Shown here piece by piece: positions 8,553 to 15,786 of a DNA stretch of 64,000 bases (the first letter of the stretch is position 1; each line of letters starts with the position of its first letter). Location: the NCBI GenBank assembly GCA_035636885.1, contig DASPYG010000019.1:328-64327 (forward strand), in the 5' to 3' direction. The position numbers and the translations under genes are program-made. Origin of the DNA: Candidatus Nitrosopolaris sp. (GTDB taxonomy: Bacteria; Chloroflexota; Dormibacteria; Dormibacterales; Dormibacteraceae). A model generated the notes under the pieces. The model ran no database searches. It was given only the letters and a program-made list of their open reading frames with translations, and was not told the origin of the DNA.

Positions 8553-9254
8553 CTACTTTCCGAAAAGCCGCTTCAGCAAGGAGGGCTTCTCGGAGGGCGG
8601 TTGGTACTGGAGGTCGATCCCGCCGCCCGACCGTGGCACCGCTTTGATGTGCTTGGTCCAGTCTCCCTTGTCAGGGCTCTTGAACCTGTCATGGTGTGCG
8701 TTGATCTGCGCCTGCAGATCACCCGCCGCGGGTAGGGCAGCCCCCCTCCACACGTACTTCTGGCCAGATGTGGGTGTCATCGCCGGAGCAGGATCGAGGC
8801 CGAGGTCTCCCAGCGATGCGAGCAGTCCCCTGCCGTCGACATCCTCGATGTCGATTCGAGTTTCACTCGCGAGAGGGCCGCCGACATCGAGAGGTTGGGT
8901 GAGGCTCGAGCGAACGTTCCAGTGAAGCCTCACGAGCCGGCCTTTCTCGGCTGCGGTGAGCCAGAAAGTTCCGCTCACCGTCTCGGCCCCGACCGAAGCC
9001 ACCATGCAATCGAGGTCGTACGACAGGGAAACGACCAGGTCGGGACTGCTCGTGAGCACCATCGCCGGGTCGAGAACGAAGCTCCGGCCGTCGTGCGAGG
9101 TCACGTGGAAAGCGTCCTCGCCCTGCGGCAGCTCGAGCCACTGCGCAGGCGCGACCAGACCCCGGTCCTCCAGGGTTCCGATGTGCCTTTGCAGCGCGCT
9201 GAGCAGATCCGGCCACGGTTTGTCCGCCGCCAGGATGCCTTCGTGCATCCCCAT
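8553..9254 (-). CDS. Hypothetical protein (no family recognised)
   Basis: 233-aa ORF with coding-like composition. Its ATG overlaps the stop of the upstream zinc-ribbon gene by 1 nt (TGATG), suggesting translational coupling. Confidence 0.6.
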   Translation of the reverse strand: MGMHEGILAADKPWPDLLSALQRHIGTLEDRGLVAPAQWLELPQGEDAFHVTSHDGRSFVLDPAMVLTSSPDLVVSLSYDLDCMVASVGAETVSGTFWLTAAEKGRLVRLHWNVRSSLTQPLDVGGPLASETRIDIEDVDGRGLLASLGDLGLDPAPAMTPTSGQKYVWRGAALPAAGDLQAQINAHHDRFKSPDKGDWTKHIKAVPRSGGGIDLQYQPPSEKPSLLKRLFGK

Positions 9255-9514
9255 CAGAGGTCGTCCCCGTCGTCGAACCCGCCACCGCCGAAATCGTCTC
9301 CATCACCAAAGCTGTCGTCGCCGCCCCCCATGTCATCGCCGCCGAAGTCGTCGCCGCCATCCTCGCTCGAGCGCGTGGTCGCGAACGTCGACACCAGGCG
9401 TCGCAGTGCCCGCTTACCGCAATGCGGGCACACGGGGTCGGGGGATGAGTAGCTGGGCAGCAGCGCCGACGAGCGCTTGCCGCACTCCTCGCAGCGGTAC
9501 TCGTAGATGGGCAT
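9254..9514 (-). CDS. FmdB-family (CxxC_CxxC_SSSS) zinc-ribbon protein with acidic Gly/Asp/Phe-rich tail
   Basis: MPIYEYRCEECG...PVCPHCG is the FmdB-type signature. The tail is DDFGGDDMGGGDDSFGDGDDFGGGGFDDGDDL. I used the internal ATG of the 225-aa track ORF. Confidence 0.8.
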   Translation of the reverse strand: MPIYEYRCEECGKRSSALLPSYSSPDPVCPHCGKRALRRLVSTFATTRSSEDGGDDFGGDDMGGGDDSFGDGDDFGGGGFDDGDDL

Positions 9515-10439
9515 GACTACCATTCTCACCGTGATCGAGCTCGAGCGCATCCGTGCTGCCGCCGAGCGGGCGCGCCCGCACGTGCTCCGGACGCCAATGG
9601 TTCCGGTGGAAGGTGCATGGCTGAAGGTCGAGTGCCTGCAGCCCACCGGCAGCTTCAAGGTGCGCGGATTCTTCGCGGCGGCGCTCGCGCTGTCAGAGGA
9701 CAAACGGCGGAAGGGCTTGATCACGGTCAGCGCCGGCAACGCGGCGCAGGCATGCGCATACGCGGCCCACGCGCTCGGAGTGTCGTGCCGCGTGGTCATG
9801 TACGACACGGCACCCGCGACCAAGGTCGACGGAGTCAAGCGATGGGGCGGCGCACCCTGGCTCATGCCCCGCGCGGAGCTCCTGGACTGGCTCGCCAACG
9901 ATGGCTGGAGGTCGGAGCCCGAGACCTTCATTCACCCGTTCGCCGACACGGAGGTCATGGCCGGCCATGGCGGCCTGGGGCTGGAGCTGCTCGAAGACGT
10001 ACCTGCGCTGGGCCGCGTGGTCGTCCCCGTCGGCGGCGGGGGTTTGATCGGCGGCGTCGCCTCCGCGATCAAGGGCGTGCGGCCGGATGTCGAGGTGATT
10101 GGCGTGCAGTCCGACGGCTATGCGATGTGGACGCGCGCCCTCGAAGCCGGCGGCCCTGTGTCCATCACCCCCGACACCATCGCCGACGGCACGACGGCGC
10201 CGTTCGATGCTCGGATGCTTCCTTTGATGAAGGAGGTCGTGGACCGCTGGCTGACCGTCCCCGAGCCGAGGCTGCGCTCTGCAATCCCCGAGCTGGCGGT
10301 CGCGGGCAAAGTGGTCGCCGAAGGAGCCGGTGCGCTCGCGTACGCGGCGCTCGAGCAGCTGCCTCCGGGGCCGGTGACCGTCGCCGTGGTGAGCGGCGGC
10401 AACATCGACCCGAAGCTGCTGGCGAGCCTCCTCAGCTAG
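9507..10439 (+). CDS. PLP-dependent threonine/serine dehydratase family enzyme
   Basis: LQPTGSFKVRGF (PLP lysine motif) and a glycine-rich loop VPVGGGGLIGG. Confidence 0.85.
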   Translation: MGMTTILTVIELERIRAAAERARPHVLRTPMVPVEGAWLKVECLQPTGSFKVRGFFAAALALSEDKRRKGLITVSAGNAAQACAYAAHALGVSCRVVMYDTAPATKVDGVKRWGGAPWLMPRAELLDWLANDGWRSEPETFIHPFADTEVMAGHGGLGLELLEDVPALGRVVVPVGGGGLIGGVASAIKGVRPDVEVIGVQSDGYAMWTRALEAGGPVSITPDTIADGTTAPFDARMLPLMKEVVDRWLTVPEPRLRSAIPELAVAGKVVAEGAGALAYAALEQLPPGPVTVAVVSGGNIDPKLLASLLS

Positions 10440-11151
10440 CCGGATCCAGCGGGGTGGGCGTGTCGACCCGCCGCTGCATCGCCCAGGGCCCGAAGCGGAT
10501 GACTGCCACCAGCATGCAGACGAAGAGTACCGCCAGCAAGACCCCGATCCCAGTCGAGACCCAGTAGATCCAGGAGGGCAGGCTGTAGATGTTTAGAGCC
10601 GACGATCCCGAGACCGCGGCGATGATGTTGAAGGGCAGCGAGAGCGTGCTCAGGCCCAGGAGGACCAGCAGGGTATAGAACATCCACGTCCATCGCTTCA
10701 GCGCCCCGATGACTACCAACGTGGCGATGGCGATCACGACGAAAACGACAAACCACAGGGTCACCGTCATCATCGACGTGTACGTGCCGAGGATCTCAGG
10801 CGGCGGCGTACCGATGTCGGGATTCTGTGCAGCCTGCTGCTGAATGGCCTGGTTCATAGCCTGGGACATCGTCCCCGCCATCCAGAACGGAGTGCTGGTC
10901 GTATAAGCCGCGTAGAGGATGGACACCGCTATGACCGCGTACTGGATCGGCTTCGTCCAGCGCGTCGGCTCGCGCCGAGCGGCCGGCTGCGGATACGCCT
11001 GGTAGGACTGATATGGCGGCGCGACCATGCCTGTCAGCGGCACCCACGCGCTTCCGTTCCAGCGCCACCTGCCGTCCGGCGAGAGTGTGCTGATCCATCT
11101 GGAGCCGTCCCAGTAGTACAGGCCGTCGTCGGACAGCTTCAGCTCAGCCAT
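10432..11151 (-). CDS. Hypothetical multi-pass membrane protein
   Basis: The N-terminus has two short DGxxxW(x)GSxW repeats (DDGLYYWDGSRW, DGRWRWNGSAW). About 5 hydrophobic helices follow. Confidence 0.6.
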   Translation of the reverse strand: MAELKLSDDGLYYWDGSRWISTLSPDGRWRWNGSAWVPLTGMVAPPYQSYQAYPQPAARREPTRWTKPIQYAVIAVSILYAAYTTSTPFWMAGTMSQAMNQAIQQQAAQNPDIGTPPPEILGTYTSMMTVTLWFVVFVVIAIATLVVIGALKRWTWMFYTLLVLLGLSTLSLPFNIIAAVSGSSALNIYSLPSWIYWVSTGIGVLLAVLFVCMLVAVIRFGPWAMQRRVDTPTPLDPAS

Positions 11152-11162
11152 TTGCGTACTTT

Positions 11163-12704
11163 ATGCGCCACGTGAAGGCTGATCTCATCCTGGCCCGCGG
11201 CCACATTCGAACTCTTGGGCGCGGCGGCCTCGCGGACCTCACGCACCTGGCCATCGCCGGCGGCATCGTGATCGCCGCCGGTGGAATCGAGGTGATGGGC
11301 CTGCGCGGGTCGCGCACCCGGGTTCTAGACCTCGCCGGTGCCCATGTCCTGCCTGGCTTCAACGACGCACATGCGCACGTCGTCTACTACGGACTGACCC
11401 GATTCGGTGCTGACCTGGGCGGAGCGGTCAGCGTCGCCGACATCCAGGAGCGGCTCCGGGTTCACGGTCGGGGCCTTGCGGACGGCGAGTGGCAGCAGGG
11501 CATGGGCTACCGAGCGGCCGAGCTGGCCGAGAAGCGGGCGCCACATCGTTTGGAGCTCGACAAGGCGACCAGAGAGCGGCCCGCGTTCATCGACGAGCGA
11601 GGCGGCCATGCCCGCGTCGCCAATACCGCGGCGCTGACAGCCGCCGGCGTGACCGACCTCACCAAGGACCCGCCAGGGGGACGCATCGGCCGCGATGGTG
11701 ACGGAACGCCGAACGGCCTGCTCCTCGAGTCGGCGATGAGGCTGGTCGCCGACGTGCAGCCGCATCCGCCGCTGCGCCGTCGGATGCAGGGGATCCTTTT
11801 GGCGCAACGCCTGCTGGTCTCGCGCGGGATCACATCGGTCGGCGCCGCGGTCAACCGCGGTTTCGCCGACGACCTCCGCGCGTACGAGCTGCTTGCCGAG
11901 CGCGGGCGGCTGCGGATGCGCGTCAACGAGTTCCTTTCCTGGGAGCTGCTCGAGGCTGCCTCCGGATTGGGCGTCAGGGCGGGCTTCGGTGGCGCCGTGG
12001 TGCGAGCCGGACCAATCAAGGTGTTCGTGGACGGCGGGGCTGAACGCGTGGCCATGCGATCGGGCAAGAGCGTCTGGCGAACACCCCCGGCGGAGCTACG
12101 CGAGCTGGTCGGCGCGGCCTCGCGGGCCGGCCTGCAGGTCGCCGCGCACGCGATCGGCGACAGCGCGATCGCTGCGATGTGTGATGCGGTGGAGGCAGCC
12201 GGCGCGGTCAAGCTGCGACACCGTGTCGAGCACTGCACCATCTGCCCGCCGGACCTTCAGCGCCGCCTCGCACGCCTGGGGATGGTCGCGGTGATGCAGC
12301 CGATGGCTGCGCGATTCGCGCGCGAGTTTCCGTCCGCGGGCTTTCCCGCCCACCATCGCTGGGATCTCGCAGCCCACGGCCCCTTGCTTCGCGCCGGTGT
12401 GCCGGTTGCGTTCAGCTCCGACCTGCCGGTGGTGCAGGATCCCAATCCTTGGCCGGGCATCGCCGCGGCCGTCGACGACCGGATCAACGGGATCAGCGTG
12501 CTGGCCGCGCTCCGGGCCTACACATCAGCTGGCGCGTACACGAGCTTCGAAGAGGGGATCAAGGGCACGCTCGAGCCCGGGATGGTGGCGGACCTCCAGA
12601 TCTACGACAGCGACCCGCTTGCCCGGCCGAGGGCGGAATGGCCTCGCCTCCGCCCCCGGGCGGTGATGCTCGGCGGCGTCCCGGTTTTCGGCGCGGTTGG
12701 TTAG
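11163..12704 (+). CDS. Amidohydrolase-family metal-dependent hydrolase (Amidohydro_3/YtcJ-like)
   Basis: PGFNDAHAHVVYYG (HxH metal motif), AAHAIGD, VEHC and a C-terminal SSD segment typical of this family. Confidence 0.8.
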   Translation: MRHVKADLILARGHIRTLGRGGLADLTHLAIAGGIVIAAGGIEVMGLRGSRTRVLDLAGAHVLPGFNDAHAHVVYYGLTRFGADLGGAVSVADIQERLRVHGRGLADGEWQQGMGYRAAELAEKRAPHRLELDKATRERPAFIDERGGHARVANTAALTAAGVTDLTKDPPGGRIGRDGDGTPNGLLLESAMRLVADVQPHPPLRRRMQGILLAQRLLVSRGITSVGAAVNRGFADDLRAYELLAERGRLRMRVNEFLSWELLEAASGLGVRAGFGGAVVRAGPIKVFVDGGAERVAMRSGKSVWRTPPAELRELVGAASRAGLQVAAHAIGDSAIAAMCDAVEAAGAVKLRHRVEHCTICPPDLQRRLARLGMVAVMQPMAARFAREFPSAGFPAHHRWDLAAHGPLLRAGVPVAFSSDLPVVQDPNPWPGIAAAVDDRINGISVLAALRAYTSAGAYTSFEEGIKGTLEPGMVADLQIYDSDPLARPRAEWPRLRPRAVMLGGVPVFGAVG

Positions 12705-13213
12705 CCGGCCGGCTCGCGCGGAGAGGGATCCGGGATCGCCATCGATGGCGATTCGGACGTCGCCGGCGTGACGATGGGTTCCGCCCCGCGCCGAGGCGCG
12801 GTTCGTCGAGCCGGGGCTTTCCTCGCGGCCGTACTGCGCGGTGCGGCGGCCTTCGAAGCCGCGGCCCGGGTGGTCCTGCGCCGCGCGGCGGGCCTGCGGG
12901 TCGTCTTGGGCGTGGCCGTCGCGGTCTGTCGCGCTGACACCGACCGTGCCAGCTGCTGAACCTGCTTGCTCAAGCCATCGAGGCGCTTCAACGCCTTTTC
13001 GAGGTCGACCTGGTTGGCGGTGCGGTCGAGACGCGTCCGCAGCTGCTTGATCGCTCCTTCGACGGTCTTCTGGCCGTCCTTGATGCTGCGGTCGATCTGC
13101 TTGCGAACGTCGGGCGGCAGGCGCCGCTCGGCCTCCCGCAGATACGAGCGGCCTGCTTTAACCGCCCGGTTCAAGAACTTCTGACGCGATGACGCACGCT
13201 TCTTTTTCGCCAT
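12701..13213 (-). CDS. Coiled-coil protein with Ala/Arg/Lys/Pro/Thr-rich basic tail (phasin-/histone H1-like)
   Basis: MAKKKRASSRQKFLNRAVKAGRSYLREAERRL... gives a helical N-half. The C-half is ARQTATATPKTTRRPAARRRTTRAAASKAAAPRSTAARKAPARR. Divergent from the PhaR-like gene. Confidence 0.6.
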   Translation of the reverse strand: MAKKKRASSRQKFLNRAVKAGRSYLREAERRLPPDVRKQIDRSIKDGQKTVEGAIKQLRTRLDRTANQVDLEKALKRLDGLSKQVQQLARSVSARQTATATPKTTRRPAARRRTTRAAASKAAAPRSTAARKAPARRTAPRRGAEPIVTPATSESPSMAIPDPSPREPAG

Positions 13214-13367
13214 GCCTCAACCTCCCCTGATGACGCTGTGCCGCCGGCCATAACGCACCGCATTAGTATTGCTTTGAAGTGCCAACAGAGTCCCGGCGCG
13301 AGCCCCTCGACGGATCTGCGGCGCTCATGCGGCCCATCTGCGTTGTTGCGGTCTCCGCTCCTCGCTC

Positions 13368-13385
13368 ACGCATGCACAAATGCGT
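13368..13385. promoter_or_regulatory. Inverted repeat ACGCAT-N6-ATGCGT in the divergent promoter region (candidate operator)
   Basis: Perfect 6-bp arms seen in the 244-bp region between 13213 (-) and 13458 (+). Assignment to the PhaR-like regulator is speculative. Confidence 0.2.
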
Positions 13386-13457
13386 TCGCTCCGGTGCTCG
13401 ACCGCGCCTAGCATCTGGGCCACCTGAGCGCCGGATCTCTCGCCGAGGTCTCGCGCC

Positions 13458-13961
13458 GTGACTCTAGCGCCCGAGAGACACCTTATCAAGAAGTATGCGA
13501 ATCGCAAGCTTTACGACACGCAGACCAGCCGCTACATAACCCTCGAAGGCATCGCGGACCTCGTCCGTGACGGCCATGCGATCGAGGTGGTGGATCGCGA
13601 CTCCGGCCAGGATCTGACGCAGGTGGTGCTCTCGCAGATCGTGCTCGAAGAGGAGAAGCGCGGGCCGGCGCGGCTCGTTGACGCAGGTGCGGATGCCATC
13701 CACGAGCGCGGGCAGGCGCTCCTCGACTACGTGCGCAAAACGCTCAACGTGCCCGGCGACCTGGTCAACCAGGTTGAGCGCCGCCGGAGCGACCTCGAGG
13801 GCATGGTCGACGAAGCCATCGAACGCGCGCTGCGAAGGCTGCGCATCCCCAGCCGGCACGACCTCGACCGCTTGAACGACCGCATCGACAAGCTGTCGGC
13901 GGAGCTGAAAAAGGCCAGCCCGAACGGAGCCAAGTCGCGGTCCGGCAAACGTCGCTCCTAG
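13458..13961 (+). CDS. PhaR-like regulator (PHB_acc_N DNA-binding domain plus phasin-like C-terminus)
   Basis: IKKYANRKLYDTQTSRYITLEGIADLVRDGHAIEVVDRDSGQDLTQVVLSQIVLEEE matches the PhaR N-terminal signature. The C-terminus IPSRHDLDRLNDRIDKLSAELKK is phasin-like. GTG start. Confidence 0.7.
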   Translation: MTLAPERHLIKKYANRKLYDTQTSRYITLEGIADLVRDGHAIEVVDRDSGQDLTQVVLSQIVLEEEKRGPARLVDAGADAIHERGQALLDYVRKTLNVPGDLVNQVERRRSDLEGMVDEAIERALRRLRIPSRHDLDRLNDRIDKLSAELKKASPNGAKSRSGKRRS

Positions 13962-13970
13962 GCAGTCGGA

Positions 13971-14096
13971 AAAATTCCAAGGTGGGAGCTTTAGGCCGGA
14001 TTTATTCCGGCCGTCATGTGGCGTGCACCATCCAAGCGCCGCCAAGCGTGGCCGAGGAGCGGAGGGTTTCCGTAAGGGAGGCCTTCTGGCCTCCCT
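13971..14096 (+). repeat. Structured intergenic repeat, copy A1 (full length)
   Basis: AAAATTCCAAGGTGGGAGCTTTAGGCCGGATTTATTCCGGCCGTC...CCAAGCGCCGCCAAGCGTGGCCGAGGAGCGGAGGGT...GGGAGGCCTTCTGGCCTCCC. Homologous by eye to 14102.., 15630.. and, reverse-complemented, to 47469.. and 47653.. Confidence 0.8.
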
Positions 14097-14101
14097 TGCG
14101 C

Positions 14102-14176
14102 AATTCCTAGGTAGAGGTTTAGGGCCGGATTCATTCAGGCCGTGACGTGGCGTGCACCATTCAAGCGGCGCCACCC
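14102..14176 (+). repeat. Structured intergenic repeat, copy A2 (5' part only, tandem to A1)
   Basis: AATTCCTAGGTAGAGGTTTAGGGCCGGATTCATTCAGGCCGTGACGTGGCGTGCACCATTCAAGCGGCGCCACCC aligns with the first ~75 nt of A1. Confidence 0.75.
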
Positions 14177-14181
14177 TTGCG

Positions 14182-14874
14182 CTATGAGTTGGCGTAAACG
14201 AAGGGGCGCTGCGTGATGACGGCGGTGATCGCGACATCCGCCTCGATCTGATAGGTCGCCTCGCGCACGCGGCGGTCGCTGCGCATCTGCTTGGTCATCA
14301 GGTCGGCAGCTTCCGCAAGGCGGCTGGTATCACCGATGACGGAGATCGTCCATGGCGGCAGGACGAGCGCGCCATCGATAGTCACCCCGCTCGGCGTCTG
14401 CTGTATCGCGACGCCCATGGCGACCCGGTGGTCGTTGACGGCGATCGCCTCGGCCCCCGCGACGGCGAGGTTGTTGATGGCGTCTTGAAGGTCCAGCGCC
14501 TGCAGGCCTGACGCGTCGATGGCGACGACGATCCCGGGACCGTGGAGCGGCACCAGCCCTTCGATGGCGCGCAGCCGGGTGGCCTCAGCTGTGAGCTCCT
14601 GATCGGCCGCGGAGCTGCCACCCGCTTGCAGCGCGGCCTTCCTCTGCGACAGGTCCGCCGCCTCTGCGGAGAGCGCGTCATTCGCTCGATGGAGGTCGTC
14701 GATCAAGAAGGCCAGGGTGGTTGTGTCGGTGCCGACCAGGCTGCGCTCGACCTCGGCCTGGCTGCGAATCTGCACGGTCGCCACCAGCGCAACCAGCAGC
14801 GCGATCAGCCAGATCTCGATCGCACGGCGCGGCCGGCGGCGCGGGCCAGCCGGGCGCCTAGGGGGTGCTGACAT
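14182..14874 (-). CDS. DUF881 domain protein (cell-division-associated family)
   Basis: N-terminal TM helix, a coiled-coil segment, then LHGPGIVVAIDASG...LQDAINNLAVAGAEAIAVNDHRV, typical of DUF881. Confidence 0.8.
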   Translation of the reverse strand: MSAPPRRPAGPRRRPRRAIEIWLIALLVALVATVQIRSQAEVERSLVGTDTTTLAFLIDDLHRANDALSAEAADLSQRKAALQAGGSSAADQELTAEATRLRAIEGLVPLHGPGIVVAIDASGLQALDLQDAINNLAVAGAEAIAVNDHRVAMGVAIQQTPSGVTIDGALVLPPWTISVIGDTSRLAEAADLMTKQMRSDRRVREATYQIEADVAITAVITQRPFVYANS

Positions 14875-15580
14875 GCGGAATCTGCAAGCTGGAGTCGTAG
14901 GCGGGGAGCTTCGCGTCCGGGACGCCGGTGACCGTCAGTGTCGTCTGAAAGCGGACCTCGCGATCACGAATGTCTGGTAGCCCGCTCGGGTCTTCCAGCG
15001 CGGCGACAAGGCGGTTCCGGTCGCCCACCGCCAGGACCCTGATCGGAGCTCTGAGCGGAGGTCCCTGGTCGATGACGATCTGTCCCGCCGAGCCCGAAAA
15101 GGAGCTGAGCGGGGTGATCCGCCGGCCGCCCACCGAAACCCCTTCGGCGCCGTTGGCGAACAGGAGATTGACGATGTCCTGGATGTCCTGGTAGTTGATC
15201 AGGTAGCCGATCTGGCCGTTCACATCGGGGGCGGGGACACCGTCCCGAAGGTCTACCTGCACCCCAGGCCCATGGATGGCGGTGAGGCCGGCGTGGGCGC
15301 GAAGGTCGGCAACCTGGTTCTGCAAGTCCCGGGTGGTGGCCGATTCCTGGGCGGCCGTTCGCTCCAGCGCGTCGATGTCCGACCTCAGCGAGGCGATCTT
15401 GGCGCGCGAGGACTCGTTCGCCTTTTCGAGGTCCTGGACGCTGCGGACCAGGGCCTGGTAGCGGGCAACCTGGTTGGACGGCGTGAGCAGCTGGGCCCTG
15501 ACCTGGCCCGCCACCAGAAACCCTGTTGCGAGGGCGACCGCCGCCACGACGAGTATGCCGAAGATCCGGTTGCGCGCCAT
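14858..15580 (-). CDS. DUF881 domain protein (paralog)
   Basis: TM helix, coiled coil, IHGPGVQVDLRDG...IQDIVNLLFANGAEGVSVGGRRI. Overlaps the downstream paralog by 17 nt. Confidence 0.8.
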   Translation of the reverse strand: MARNRIFGILVVAAVALATGFLVAGQVRAQLLTPSNQVARYQALVRSVQDLEKANESSRAKIASLRSDIDALERTAAQESATTRDLQNQVADLRAHAGLTAIHGPGVQVDLRDGVPAPDVNGQIGYLINYQDIQDIVNLLFANGAEGVSVGGRRITPLSSFSGSAGQIVIDQGPPLRAPIRVLAVGDRNRLVAALEDPSGLPDIRDREVRFQTTLTVTGVPDAKLPAYDSSLQIPHVSTP

Positions 15581-15629
15581 TCGCCCATTGTCCTTGACGC
15601 GTCAAAACGCGGGATTTCCGCTCGACCCC

Positions 15630-15756
15630 AAAAATTGAGGTCAGATCAAAACCTGGTGTTCAGGCCGGGTTTATCCCGGCCGTCACCTACGCGTCCACTA
15701 TCCAGTCGCCACCCAATCGTGGCCAGGAGACCCGCGGGCAAATCGAAGATTTGCAC
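15630..15756 (+). repeat. Structured intergenic repeat, copy A3
   Basis: AAAAATTGAGG...TTCAGGCCGGGTTTATCCCGGCCGTCACC...TCCAGTCGCCACCCAATCGTGGCCAGGAGACCCGCGGGCAAATCGAAGATTTGC. It lies between divergent DUF881 (-) and gdh (+). Confidence 0.75.
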
Positions 15757-15786
15757 GCGTTGTCAGAGTAGTATCGGAAACCGTAC

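Noticed and set aside
13971-14176. Repeat family read as a small repeated peptide (minus-frame ...EWCTPRHGLNESGPK... / ...GWCTPHDGRNKSGLK...)
   Set aside because: The corresponding frame in copy A3 (15630-15756) contains stop codons. Spacing between conserved blocks varies, and conservation follows the hairpin structure rather than codon positions.
15763-15786. gdh promoter call from TAGTAT at 15768-15773
   Set aside because: The hexamer is plausible as a -10 for a near-leaderless mRNA, but there is no supporting -35 and no way to verify it. It is therefore not listed as a feature.
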